A stretch of 40,258 nucleotides of DNA. Source: a virus. Lineage: Duplodnaviria; Caudoviricetes. Positions 1 through 8,638 of this stretch are shown here, piece by piece. Where the stretch lies: the IMG/VR virus record IMGVR_UViG_3300008255_000227, positions 1 to 40,258 of that record; one strand, written 5' to 3'. Within the stretch, counting starts at the first letter, position 1. Every line of letters begins with the position of its first letter. Below the pieces are notes generated by a model. It was not told the DNA's origin, did no database searches, and saw only the letters and a program-made list of their open reading frames with translations. The translations under genes and the position numbers were made by a program.

Positions 1-13
1 ATCGCGCGGCACC
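1..13. repeat. Terminal 13-bp direct repeat, left copy (putative cos cohesive end)
   Basis: ATCGCGCGGCACC at 1-13 is identical to 40246-40258; once circularised it lies just upstream of the ParB-like/terminase genes. Confidence 0.8.
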
Positions 14-34
14 CGCATGGGGAGGGGGTGGGGA

Positions 35-41
35 AGAACCT
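35..41 (-). promoter_or_regulatory. cosQ-like element
   Basis: Minus strand AGGTTCT(TCC), 21 nt before the 13-mer; resembles lambda cosQ GGGTCCT(TTCC), which sits a similar distance before cosN. Confidence 0.5.
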
Positions 42-123
42 ACCCCTTTTCTATGGTAATGTAACATTGTTGCGCGGTGGCACGCGCTGGCAGGGATGGC
101 AGCAAGGTGGTGTGAAGGTGACA

Positions 124-870
124 TTAACGCCGCCTTCCACGCGGTGACTTGATCGCATCATCAAGCGCCTGCACCAGATAGGGGTTGTAACTCTTGGCCA
201 CAAAGGCTTCCACGTTCGTGATCAAAGGCCACAGCTTTCCCACCTCAACCTTGGGCAGAAGTTCATAGAGAATGTCAAGGCTTGGATCATCCTTGCCTGC
301 CCTTTTCGCCACGAAGGTGCGGCCACTCTTGCCTTTCATAATGAAGGCTTTCGGCTCATTGTTCAGCAACACCATGCCGGTGCCATTGCGGCGCTTCTTC
401 CTCTTGCCGCCGCCCTTCTTTGCAATCCTGCCGGGCCATGTGCGTGGCCCCAGCGTGCGCTTGCCGGGGTTAAGTGTTTCGCGGGTTGATGAACCGCTGC
501 CGGTATTGCTGAAGGGCACAGCCAGATCACCTGTGCGGCCCTTCTTTTCGCCGCCTGTGGCGGCCATAGCTGCGATTTCATCCTTCACCCCAAGGATGGC
601 GTGAATGTCTGGGAACTGGCCCTTGCGGCTGGGCACCACGGGCATGGCGCCCTTCTTCAGAAGCCAGTCGGTGCGAAGGGTGAAGAAGTCACCGATCTTC
701 CCCTGTTCCTGATCGCGCGCATCATAGGCCATGCGGTTGACCGCCCGGCTGATGGCAAAGGGCAGCTGTTGCCGTTCCAGCATATCAAAGAAATGCTTGG
801 CTTCTATGGCGTTTGTTTTTATGCCAATCTGCACAGTCACGCGGTAAACCCTCAAAAATTCACGATTCAT
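124..870 (-). CDS. Putative tail completion / minor tail protein (lambda Z-like); start uncertain
   Basis: Basic 248-aa ORF with N-terminal QLPFAISRAVNRMAYDA motif; position beside cos is typical for this family. Confidence 0.5.
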   Translation of the reverse strand: MNREFLRVYRVTVQIGIKTNAIEAKHFFDMLERQQLPFAISRAVNRMAYDARDQEQGKIGDFFTLRTDWLLKKGAMPVVPSRKGQFPDIHAILGVKDEIAAMAATGGEKKGRTGDLAVPFSNTGSGSSTRETLNPGKRTLGPRTWPGRIAKKGGGKRKKRRNGTGMVLLNNEPKAFIMKGKSGRTFVAKRAGKDDPSLDILYELLPKVEVGKLWPLITNVEAFVAKSYNPYLVQALDDAIKSPRGRRR

Positions 871-884
871 TAAAACATTTTTTA

Positions 885-913
885 TTGCCCCTGTCTATCT
901 TCCACCGTATTGT
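885..913 (+). promoter_or_regulatory. Sigma70-like promoter of the N4/N6 methyltransferase
   Basis: TTGCCC-N17-TATTGT, with ATG at 921. Confidence 0.5.
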
Positions 914-920
914 TATACTG
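905..920. promoter_or_regulatory. Palindromic operator copy 1
   Basis: CCGTAT-TGTT-ATACTG, one mismatch to CCGTAT-N4-ATACGG. Confidence 0.65.
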
Positions 921-1667
921 ATGAAAATTGAAACGGGAAATTTCACCATCTACTGCGGCGATGCACTGAAGATCATGGGCGATCTTCAGGCTGATATGCT
1001 ATTCACGGATCCACCGTACCCCATCACCGAAGGCGGGAACACAACCGGCGAAATGGGCGGGGCTTTCTCGCGTGATCGCTATGACAATAGCGGAAACTTT
1101 TTTGAAGATATGCCTGAATGGCACGAATTAATGCCGCTTCTGTTTTCCTGCCTGAAGCCGCAGGCCCACGCCTACATCATGGCCAATGACAAGAACTTGC
1201 GCGATATGCTGAACAGCGCGCATGAAGCGGGCTTTCGCTTCCACAACTGCCTGCCGTGGGATAAGGGCACGGTGACGCCAAACCGCTGGTATATGAAGCA
1301 GGCCGAATTCACCGGCTTCTTTTTCAAAGGCAAGGCGTTCCCGATCACGGATTGCAGTTCAAAGCAGATCGCCCGCGTGCCGGCCGATGATCAAAGCCAG
1401 CACTTTGTGGTGCCTGATGAAGAAGGAAACCGTCATGGCCATCCGACCGAAAAGCCGGTTCACCTGATGCGCCATTACATCACGAATTCATCACAGCCGG
1501 GACAAGTGGTGATTGATCCCTTCATGGGCACCGGCAGCACGGGCGTGGCGGCCCTTCTCGAAGGCCGCCGGTTCATCGGTATTGAAAAGGATGAACGGTG
1601 GTTTGAAGTGGCGCGCAAGCGGCTGGAAGAAGCCGCGGTGCGCGGTGTGCAGATCAGGATGATTTAG
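921..1667 (+). CDS. DNA methyltransferase, N4-cytosine/N6-adenine, beta class
   Basis: FTDPPY catalytic motif, HPTEKP, then DPFMGTGST SAM motif and FIGIEKD; start placed at ATG 921. Confidence 0.92.
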   Translation: MKIETGNFTIYCGDALKIMGDLQADMLFTDPPYPITEGGNTTGEMGGAFSRDRYDNSGNFFEDMPEWHELMPLLFSCLKPQAHAYIMANDKNLRDMLNSAHEAGFRFHNCLPWDKGTVTPNRWYMKQAEFTGFFFKGKAFPITDCSSKQIARVPADDQSQHFVVPDEEGNRHGHPTEKPVHLMRHYITNSSQPGQVVIDPFMGTGSTGVAALLEGRRFIGIEKDERWFEVARKRLEEAAVRGVQIRMI

Positions 1668-1826
1668 CGGGCGGGTGCTGCCATCCCGGCTTTACCACGG
1701 CCTGATCGGCCTTTTTCAGAAAATGAACTGTCCGAACTTCCTGTTTATGCCGCTTGCATTTATCAGGCTGTTCGGCACCTTTGCCTGCCCAGCTGCATCT
1801 GCACTCATAATCCACCAGAACCATGA

Positions 1827-1854
1827 AAAATCCCCCCATGTGCTGGGGGGATTT
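1827..1854 (-). terminator. Rho-independent terminator after the helicase remnant
   Basis: AAAATCCCCC-N8-GGGGGATTTT hairpin with A/T tracts on both sides. Confidence 0.7.
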
Positions 1855-1856
1855 TA

Positions 1857-2918
1857 TCAGGTTGCGTTCTTTGTGGAAAGGTATCGTTCGACTAGGCGCC
1901 GCAAGTGGGTGGTGTCGGTGTCAACAACCTGAACTCCCAGATATGGGTCGATGATCTGGCTGGCTTCGGATGATTTAATGCCCAGCACATCCATCATGGG
2001 CGGGTCGCTGCCATCATCCGTGACAAGGAAGAAGGCGGTCACGGGGTTCTGCTGGCCCTCGCGGTCAAGGCGCCAGATGCACTGCTGATGGATGCCCGGA
2101 CTCCAATCCAGTTCCCCGAAAATGCCGGTGCTGCATCGGTGCTGAATTTCATCCACGCCTGCGCCCGATCGCAAGGACATAAACAGAATATCCGTTTCCT
2201 TGTTCAGGAATCGCTGCAATTCCTTGTCCTTCTTCCCGGCCGTTTCGCTGCCTGTGTACATCGCGGGGTTAAGGTCGGAAAGTTCCTTGTTCCAGATTTC
2301 GTAAACCTCGCGGTGCCATCCCCAGATAATCACGGGTTCGCCGGCTTCGACCAGAAGGCGCGCGAACATGGCCACGCTCTTGGCCTTGGCGACTCCTGTG
2401 GTCTGGCGCATCATCACATCAAGATCGCGCGCGGCGCTGCCGCGTTCAATGAAGCTGCCGCTTGTGGCCTTGATCGCCAGCATCCGGGCCATATCATCGA
2501 CCGCAGCCACGGCCTTCTGGTCATAGTCGATGTGTTCGACAATCCGCGAAACCTTTGGCAGCTGAAGGCCCACATCGGCCTTGGTGCGGCGCAGAAGAAC
2601 GTGCTGTTCGCGCATATAGGTGCCCAGCGCCTTGGGGTCGGTGATGCGCCACTTGCTGCCGACAACGTGGCACCACTCGCGGCTAAACTCATCCCAGCTG
2701 CCCAGAGCGGCTTCATCGATAAACTGCATAATGTGCCACATTTCATCCCCATAGTTATAAATCGGGGTCGCGGTCAGGCCCATGCGGTAGGAAACAGCGT
2801 TTGAAAGCACTTTGCACGCCCGGCCCTTGTTCGTGCCAGTGCCGGTGCGAAGGCTCTGTGGTTCGTCATAGATCGCGGCCTTGAAAAAGCCCAGCGCGAA
2901 AATGTCCGACCAGCCGGC
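1857..2918 (-). pseudogene. 5'-truncated SNF2-family helicase
   Basis: Motif II (IYDEPQ), III (GLTATP) and VI (Q-CIWRLDREGQ) are present. The reading frame is open only to a TGA at 2939-2937, and Walker A is missing. Confidence 0.75.
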
Positions 2919-3100
2919 CTGCCATAGGGGCAGGCGTCATGTGCCACAGCTTGCTGTTCTGCCAAAACTGATGGCGGGCAGTGCAGCCCATGAACAAGCC
3001 CGGCCTTCAGCTTGATCAACCGGCGGGTCTGGGTCTTTATGCCCGCCAGGGTGGCGCGCACCAGCGCGGGCTGGAATAAAATCGGTTTATCAGCTTGCAT
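2913..3100 (-). pseudogene. 3'-truncated ASCH/PUA-like phage protein
   Basis: MQADKPILF...LAGIKTQTRR...CPYGRP N-terminus, then runs out of frame into helicase DNA instead of the usual PGDRLWVRE. Confidence 0.65.
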
Positions 3101-3416
3101 CGTCTTTCCCTTCCAATGCTTTGGTTTTGATTGCCGGGCATCCGGCCAGATGTTCCATGCCTTCATCGCACTGGCAAAACTTGCACCTGATGCGCTTGCT
3201 GTATTTTGACAGGGTAGATTCTGGCCACCTGAAAAGGCGCTTCAGGCGGTCGCCACCAAGCCCCGCTTCCCTGCAATCGGCTTTTGTTTTGCCATAGGTC
3301 AAAATGTGATCGGTGCCAGCCGCATCACGGCAGATAATGATCACTTGCTGAAGGTTGTGTTCCTTCAGGAAGGCGCCAGCGGCTTTAATTGGAATTCGCT
3401 TCATCGCAATCCTCAT
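3090..3416 (-). CDS. Hypothetical protein (C-terminal CxxC..H..C)
   Basis: ORF overlapping neighbours in the leftward early operon. Confidence 0.6.
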   Translation of the reverse strand: MRIAMKRIPIKAAGAFLKEHNLQQVIIICRDAAGTDHILTYGKTKADCREAGLGGDRLKRLFRWPESTLSKYSKRIRCKFCQCDEGMEHLAGCPAIKTKALEGKDDAS

Positions 3417-3567
3417 GTTCTTTGGAAAATCCGTTCATAGTGGCCACGGCCTGCCACACGGGCCGACCGTTCACGCCATCATCAAGCGGATGTTCATCGC
3501 CGCAGCCAAGGCAGCGCATCACCTGTTTGTGGGCATCCAGCACAGTTTTTGCCATCACATATTCCAC
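3385..3567 (-). CDS. Small hypothetical protein (CxxC...HxxC)
   Basis: Operon-coupled ORF with a possible zinc-binding pattern. Confidence 0.55.
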   Translation of the reverse strand: MEYVMAKTVLDAHKQVMRCLGCGDEHPLDDGVNGRPVWQAVATMNGFSKEHEDCDEANSN

Positions 3568-4013
3568 TCGCCATCACGGTAAACTTCAGCACGCCATGCG
3601 GTTTCATGTACGGAAACAAACATTCCCGACCAGCCGGCATATTGTTTTTGGTGATCCCACGCGGCCAGCGTTTCATATTCATAGCCGCGGGTGCCATCGC
3701 CATCCTTGTGCAGGCGGCCGATGATCAGGCACACCGCGCAGCGCAGGCGGGCACGGGCATCCTTCCAGCGCGAAGTGAAACCCCTTTCCATCAGGGCAGG
3801 CGTGAACAGGGCGCACAGGGCCTTCCAGCGCTGCCGGCGTTCTTCTTTCGCCACCTCGGCCCACAATTCTGCTTCTTCTTCCTTGGACATTCCAAAATAT
3901 GATTCGGCTTCATCGCCGCAGGCATTGCACAGGCACTGGCCTTCCGGCGCATCGACCTTGTGGCATCCAGCGCAGCTTCCCGTGCTGTGTTTTTCTGCAT
4001 AATTGATCATCAT
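3555..4013 (-). CDS. Hypothetical protein with N-terminal CxxC-CxxC
   Basis: Likely start MMINYAEK overlapping the stop of the upstream ORF. Confidence 0.55.
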   Translation of the reverse strand: MMINYAEKHSTGSCAGCHKVDAPEGQCLCNACGDEAESYFGMSKEEEAELWAEVAKEERRQRWKALCALFTPALMERGFTSRWKDARARLRCAVCLIIGRLHKDGDGTRGYEYETLAAWDHQKQYAGWSGMFVSVHETAWRAEVYRDGEWNM

Positions 4014-4282
4014 GCCGCCCACCATGCCTTCAGCGCGGCCCAATCGCGGCGCATCTGAACCTTTATTTCCAGCAAGAAAACAGCCCAGCGCAGGGCCAGA
4101 ACATCCCACGGGTTCGGATTCGCTTTGTGGTTAAAACAGGCCGCCAACCGGCCCCAGCGCGCACGCAGGCGCATCATCATATATTCATCGCGCATTTCTT
4201 GCCCCTTTCCCTTGGCATGAAGTACCGGGAACGGCGGCTTATGTTTTGGGCCATCTGCCGCCGCCCCGGAATAATTTGACAT
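4010..4282 (-). CDS. Hypothetical protein; start uncertain
   Basis: First ORF of the leftward operon from the divergent control region. Confidence 0.45.
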   Translation of the reverse strand: MSNYSGAAADGPKHKPPFPVLHAKGKGQEMRDEYMMMRLRARWGRLAACFNHKANPNPWDVLALRWAVFLLEIKVQMRRDWAALKAWWAA

Positions 4283-4322
4283 TGCCTATTGCCGGTGGCA
4301 TTGTCAACGTATAATTATACGG
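4276..4322. promoter_or_regulatory. Divergent control region with operator copy 2
   Basis: Inverted repeat TTGACATTGCC...GGCATTGTCAA (4276-4307) giving TTGACA on both strands, TATAAT at 4310, and ACGTAT-AATT-ATACGG at 4307-4322. Confidence 0.7.
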
Positions 4323-4344
4323 TGGCAAACCAAAGAGGAACAAA

Positions 4345-4644
4345 ATGAAAAAGCCCCTGCACCCACATCTGAAACTGATTCCCCCAGCGCGCCTTGCTAA
4401 AATGACAGATAAGCAAAAGCGCGTTGTGGAAGGCTATACCAGCTTGGACAAGCTGAAGGCCGTGCTGCGCTGGAAGCCCCGCATCACGGCGGTGGGAATC
4501 AGTGTTTCCAAGCTGGCAGAAAGCCTGCAACCGCCCAAAGAGCAAAGCCGCGTTTCGGAATGGCTGATCTTTACGCATGAACCGGAGGAAGAAAACTATC
4601 TGGCGGTGGAAGCGGCGATTTACCGCTTTGAAACTACCGCATGA
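4345..4644 (+). CDS. Cro-like helix-turn-helix regulator
   Basis: GISVSKLAESL...QSRVSEW pattern; first gene after the divergent promoter; AGAGGA RBS. Confidence 0.6.
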   Translation: MKKPLHPHLKLIPPARLAKMTDKQKRVVEGYTSLDKLKAVLRWKPRITAVGISVSKLAESLQPPKEQSRVSEWLIFTHEPEEENYLAVEAAIYRFETTA

Positions 4645-4709
4645 AATAGGCCCGCCGGCAGCGCACCTGGCGGGCTTCAACAAGGGCGCAAAAAGACGGG
4701 AAAAGCACA

Positions 4710-5396
4710 ATGACATTACCTTGGTATCCGCGCGACATGGGGAAATATGCGCGCGACACTAAACACCTCACGATGATGGAACACGGGGCCTATAACTTGC
4801 TGCTGGATCACTACTATTCCAACGGCGGCCTGCCCCAAGTTAGCAATGCTTCTAGCAATGCTTCCTTAATGCCTGATCATAGCCGCCTATATCGCTTGTG
4901 CGGGGCCATGAACAAAGCAGAACAGGAAGCCGTTGATGCGGTGATTTCGATGTTCTTCACGCTGGATGATTCCGGGCACTACCGGCAAAGCAAGGCTGAT
5001 GAAGTCATTGAAGAACAAACACTTAAACATGAAAGGCGCGTGGAAGCGGGCCGAAAAGGGGGCCAATCCAAGGCCGGAAGCAATGCTTCTAGCAATGCCC
5101 CCCAGAAGAAGAACCAGACAAAGACAAAGAATATAAAACCCCCTACCCCCAAACAGGGGCCTGTGTATAACGGTGATAACCAAGGTTTGCTTTCAGGGGG
5201 GGCTGGCGCTGGCTTCAACATCGATTTCAAACTTTCAGATTCGGCACGGGATAAGGCAAAAGCAATTTGCCGCGATCTAAACCGCGATTTCTATGTGGTC
5301 ATGCGGGAATATAACCATTGGGTGGCCGGAAAAGGCGCGCCGCAGTTCCCTGATGCCGCTTTTATCGCCTACTGCAAAAAGCTGGATCGGCTATGA
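4710..5396 (+). CDS. Replication initiator-like protein, DUF1376/YdaU family
   Basis: LPWYPRDMGKYARDTKHLTMMEHGAYNLLLDHYY N-terminus and AGRKGG motif; internal iterons. Confidence 0.85.
   Translation: MTLPWYPRDMGKYARDTKHLTMMEHGAYNLLLDHYYSNGGLPQVSNASSNASLMPDHSRLYRLCGAMNKAEQEAVDAVISMFFTLDDSGHYRQSKADEVIEEQTLKHERRVEAGRKGGQSKAGSNASSNAPQKKNQTKTKNIKPPTPKQGPVYNGDNQGLLSGGAGAGFNIDFKLSDSARDKAKAICRDLNRDFYVVMREYNHWVAGKGAPQFPDAAFIAYCKKLDRL
4841..5098. repeat. Iteron-like repeats (putative replication origin)
   Basis: AGCAATGCTTCTAGCAATGC at 4842-4861 and 5079-5098, followed by an A-rich tract. Confidence 0.65.
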
Positions 5397-5626
5397 AGTG
5401 CTGCGATGATCCGCAATGCCCGGTCAATCGGCATGATGATGATTTCCAGTTGCTTCACGCCGCCTATTTGAACCGGCGCCTTCAGCAAGAGCGCGCGCGA
5501 TTCTGTGGCACCAGCCGCGAACCGCATCCCTTCCTGCTGGGCGCGTTCATCCGTGCGGAAACTGAACTTTTCATTGTAATGCACGCCGAAAACATCGGCG
5601 GGCCAGAGGAAGAACCATGCCAGTGA
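5393..5626 (+). CDS. Hypothetical protein
   Basis: ATGA overlap with the upstream gene. Confidence 0.55.
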   Translation: MKCCDDPQCPVNRHDDDFQLLHAAYLNRRLQQERARFCGTSREPHPFLLGAFIRAETELFIVMHAENIGGPEEEPCQ

Positions 5627-6090
5627 AGCGCCCCTTGATCAGATACCACGGCGGGAAATGGCTGCTGGCGCCGTGGATCATCGCCAATATGCCGGCGCAT
5701 GATTGGCAGAACTACGGCGAAGCCTTTCAAGGAATCGTGGAACGTCTGCGCGGCGTAGTGATCGAAAACCGCGATGCAAAACAGGTAATGGCAAAGCACG
5801 ATTCGCCGGAAACCCTGCACTATGTTGATCCCCCTTATCTCATGGAAACCCGCACCGATTCAGGCAAGGACTACCGGCACGAAATGACGGATGCCCAGCA
5901 CTTTGAACTGGCCGAATTCCTGCACGGCCTTCAGGGGCCTGTCATGGTTTCAGGCTATCGATGTGATCTTTATGATTCGGCTTTCCGTGGCTGGCACCGC
6001 ATCGACCGTGAAGCGCTGGCAGATGGCGCGCGTAAGCGCATTGAAAGCCTGTGGTTTTCGCCCAGCGCGGCACCAGCGCGATTAATTTAA
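5617..6090 (+). pseudogene. Dam/D12-family adenine methyltransferase with in-frame internal deletion
   Basis: RYHGGKW (motif X) and YVDPPY are present, but there is no EPFxGxG SAM motif or recognition domain; only 157 aa. Confidence 0.75.
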
Positions 6091-6111
6091 AAACCCCCCT
6101 TGCGTTTGTCG

Positions 6112-6127
6112 CCGTATTCTTATACGG
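6112..6127. promoter_or_regulatory. Palindromic operator copy 3
   Basis: CCGTAT-TCTT-ATACGG in the intergenic gap before the 6152 operon. Confidence 0.75.
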
Positions 6128-6151
6128 TGCTTAAAGGGAAAGGAACTTGAA

Positions 6152-6559
6152 ATGAAAGCATTAAAACACGATACCAGAATCACCAGCGCGGGAATGGCAG
6201 TGGCCATGCGAACCAAGGACAGAAAACCGCGCTTCATGGTGGTGGGAAATCCTGATATTCAGATGACACCTGGCACCATGCGCCTTTTGACCGATGAAGA
6301 ACGCGCCCAGATGAGTCTGCCGGATGATTGGTGGCAAAAGAACCCGCCAATCCTGCACGCGCACCACCAGCCCACTTGGTCACAAGGAAACGGGCGCATA
6401 CGGCGCGCGCTGCGCTATATCGGCGCGGCGGCTGTTCTGTTCGCCCTGATCATCGGCTTCATGCTTCTGGCGGTGGATGCCATCGACCGTGAAGCTGCAT
6501 GGCGTGAAGAACGCCTGTGCCGCATTTACGGCGTGTGCAATCCAAACGCCGGCCCATAA
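6152..6559 (+). CDS. Hypothetical protein with one TM helix
   Basis: AAGGAA RBS; hydrophobic YIGAAAVLFALIIGFMLLAV. Confidence 0.6.
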   Translation: MKALKHDTRITSAGMAVAMRTKDRKPRFMVVGNPDIQMTPGTMRLLTDEERAQMSLPDDWWQKNPPILHAHHQPTWSQGNGRIRRALRYIGAAAVLFALIIGFMLLAVDAIDREAAWREERLCRIYGVCNPNAGP

Positions 6560-6592
6560 TTCATAACTGCTTTCTTGGGAAAGGGAAAAGCA

Positions 6593-8473
6593 ATGTCATA
6601 TCAGCTTCCACTGGATAACGAAATGATCGTGGACAACTTCGCCGGCGGCGGCGGCGCGTCATGCGGTATTGAAGCGGCGCTGGGCCGCCCTGTAAACATC
6701 GCCATCAACCATGACCGCGTGGCCATCGGGATGCACGCGAAGAACCACCCTTTGACAGATCACCATTGTGAAGATGTGTGGCAAGTGAAGCCCCGCGAAG
6801 TCACCAAAGGCCGGCCGGTGCTGCTGGCGTGGTTTTCTCCCGATTGCAAACACCACAGCAAAGCGCGCGGCCAGAAGCCCGTGAACAAGAACATCCGCGG
6901 GCTGGCGTGGGTCGCATTGCGCTGGGCCGCCACTGTGCAGCCGCGCATAATCATGCTGGAAAACGTGGAAGAATTTCAGGATTGGGGGCCTGTGGTCCAT
7001 GCCCGCGATGAAAAGGGCCATCTGCGCTATAACAGCGATGGCAGCAAGGTGATGATGCCGGATGCCGATCGCCGCGGCATCACCTTCCGTTCCTTTGTGA
7101 ACGCCCTGAAGCGCAACGGGTATGAAGTTGAATGGCGCGAACAGCGGGCCTGCGATTATGGCGCGCCGACCATCCGCAAGCGCCTGTTCCTGATCGCCCG
7201 CCGTGATGGCCTGCCGATCATCTGGCCCAAGCCCACCCACGGTAAGAAGGCGAACAAGTCGCTGGGCGTGAAGCTGTACCGCACCGCAGCGGAGTGCATC
7301 GATTGGGATATTCCGTGCCCTTCCATCTTTGACCGCAAGCGCCCGCTGGCGGTGAACACCCTGCGCCGAATCGCCAAGGGCCTTGAAAAATTCGTGATCA
7401 ATAATGCGGATCCGTTCATTGTTCGGGTGAACCACACGGCCAGCTATTATGAACACTTCCGCGGGCAATCCATCCATGATCCGCTTGGCACAGCAACCCA
7501 GGTCAATGGATTTGCCTTGGCGCAGCCCACGCTGGCGCCTTTCATCACGGAACACGCCAACGGCAGCAACCAGCGCAATATGGCGATGGATGAACCGACC
7601 GCCACCACCACAGGCAAGGCCGACACCGCGGTGATGTGCCCCACGCTGATTCAGGTCGGCTATGGCGAACGCGAAGGCCAGCAACCCCGTGCGCTTGACC
7701 TTGAAAAGCCCATTGGCACGCTGGTGGGCGCTGGGAAGCACGCAATCGCCGCGGCCCATGTGATGAAATTCAGGCACGACTCTGGCGGTTCGGATATGAA
7801 CGCGCCCCTTCCAACGATAACGGCCGGCAGCTTCATTAAAAGGCCGGGCGGCGCGGGCCATGCAATGGGGGTTTGTAACGCCTACATCACGAAGCTACGC
7901 GGCGACAACGTGGGCCACCCTGCTGATGAAAGCCTGCACACGGTTTCCGCAGGCGGGCAACACCACGCGGTTTCCATGCCTTTCATGGTTAAGTATTACG
8001 GCAACGGGGATGGCAAAGAACCCCACACGCTGGATAAGCCGCTGGGCGCTATCACCACCAAGGACAGATTCGGCCTTGTGGATTCGTGCGTGGATTTCCC
8101 GCCCCTTACACCCGACCAGATCGACCGTGCCCGCCAGGTGGCCGACCTGATGCGCGAGTTCGGATATTGGGATGATCGGGAATTCGTCACCGTCATGCTG
8201 GATGGCGTGGAATTGGTGGTGGTCGATATTGGGATGCGTATGCTGGCCCCGCGCGAACTGGCGCGCGCGCAGGGCTTCCCCGATTCCTACATCATCGACC
8301 GCGCCCTGATCTGGGATGAAGCCACCGGCGCCTATGTGGAACGGCAGCTGACGAAAACCGAACAGGTGCGGATGATCGGCAATAGCGTTTCGCCCGAACA
8401 CGCCAAGGCGCTTGTGCTGGCCAATGTGCCCCGCTGGGCCATCCAGCCTGCACAGCACGCGGTGGGGGCTTAA
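6593..8473 (+). CDS. C5-cytosine DNA methyltransferase with long repetitive variable region
   Basis: FAGGGG (I), SPDC (IV variant), ENV (VI), RKRLF (VIII), RELARAQGFP and IGNSV (IX-X). Confidence 0.93.
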   Translation: MSYQLPLDNEMIVDNFAGGGGASCGIEAALGRPVNIAINHDRVAIGMHAKNHPLTDHHCEDVWQVKPREVTKGRPVLLAWFSPDCKHHSKARGQKPVNKNIRGLAWVALRWAATVQPRIIMLENVEEFQDWGPVVHARDEKGHLRYNSDGSKVMMPDADRRGITFRSFVNALKRNGYEVEWREQRACDYGAPTIRKRLFLIARRDGLPIIWPKPTHGKKANKSLGVKLYRTAAECIDWDIPCPSIFDRKRPLAVNTLRRIAKGLEKFVINNADPFIVRVNHTASYYEHFRGQSIHDPLGTATQVNGFALAQPTLAPFITEHANGSNQRNMAMDEPTATTTGKADTAVMCPTLIQVGYGEREGQQPRALDLEKPIGTLVGAGKHAIAAAHVMKFRHDSGGSDMNAPLPTITAGSFIKRPGGAGHAMGVCNAYITKLRGDNVGHPADESLHTVSAGGQHHAVSMPFMVKYYGNGDGKEPHTLDKPLGAITTKDRFGLVDSCVDFPPLTPDQIDRARQVADLMREFGYWDDREFVTVMLDGVELVVVDIGMRMLAPRELARAQGFPDSYIIDRALIWDEATGAYVERQLTKTEQVRMIGNSVSPEHAKALVLANVPRWAIQPAQHAVGA

Positions 8474-8638
8474 ATGGCCTGCCATCATTGCCTGCCGGGC
8501 AAAACCTGCCCGCACCTGAAGGAAGTTTTCAGCCGCCATGCCGCCACGCGCAGCCAAAAGATGCGCCGGCGCGCGGAAAGCTGGAATTCATGGGTTTACG
8601 AAAAAGAAAAAATGAACGGGAAGGAACTGAAAAAATGA
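8474..8638 (+). CDS. Small hypothetical protein, 54 aa (not in ORF track)
   Basis: MACHHCLPGKTCPHL...; starts immediately after the MTase stop and ends in an ATGA overlap with the next gene. Confidence 0.6.
   Translation: MACHHCLPGKTCPHLKEVFSRHAATRSQKMRRRAESWNSWVYEKEKMNGKELKK

Noticed and set aside
19-33. G-quadruplex near the end
   Set aside because: Only three G-tracts; better explained as the cosQ-cosN spacer.
1654-1824. Small minus-strand ORF (MVLVDYECRC...)
   Set aside because: Starts immediately after a terminator with no clear RBS; cannot be supported.
4307-4322. Host LexA (SOS) box
   Set aside because: The invariant CTG/CAG of the gammaproteobacterial box is absent, and the GapR domain suggests an alphaproteobacterial host with a different LexA motif.
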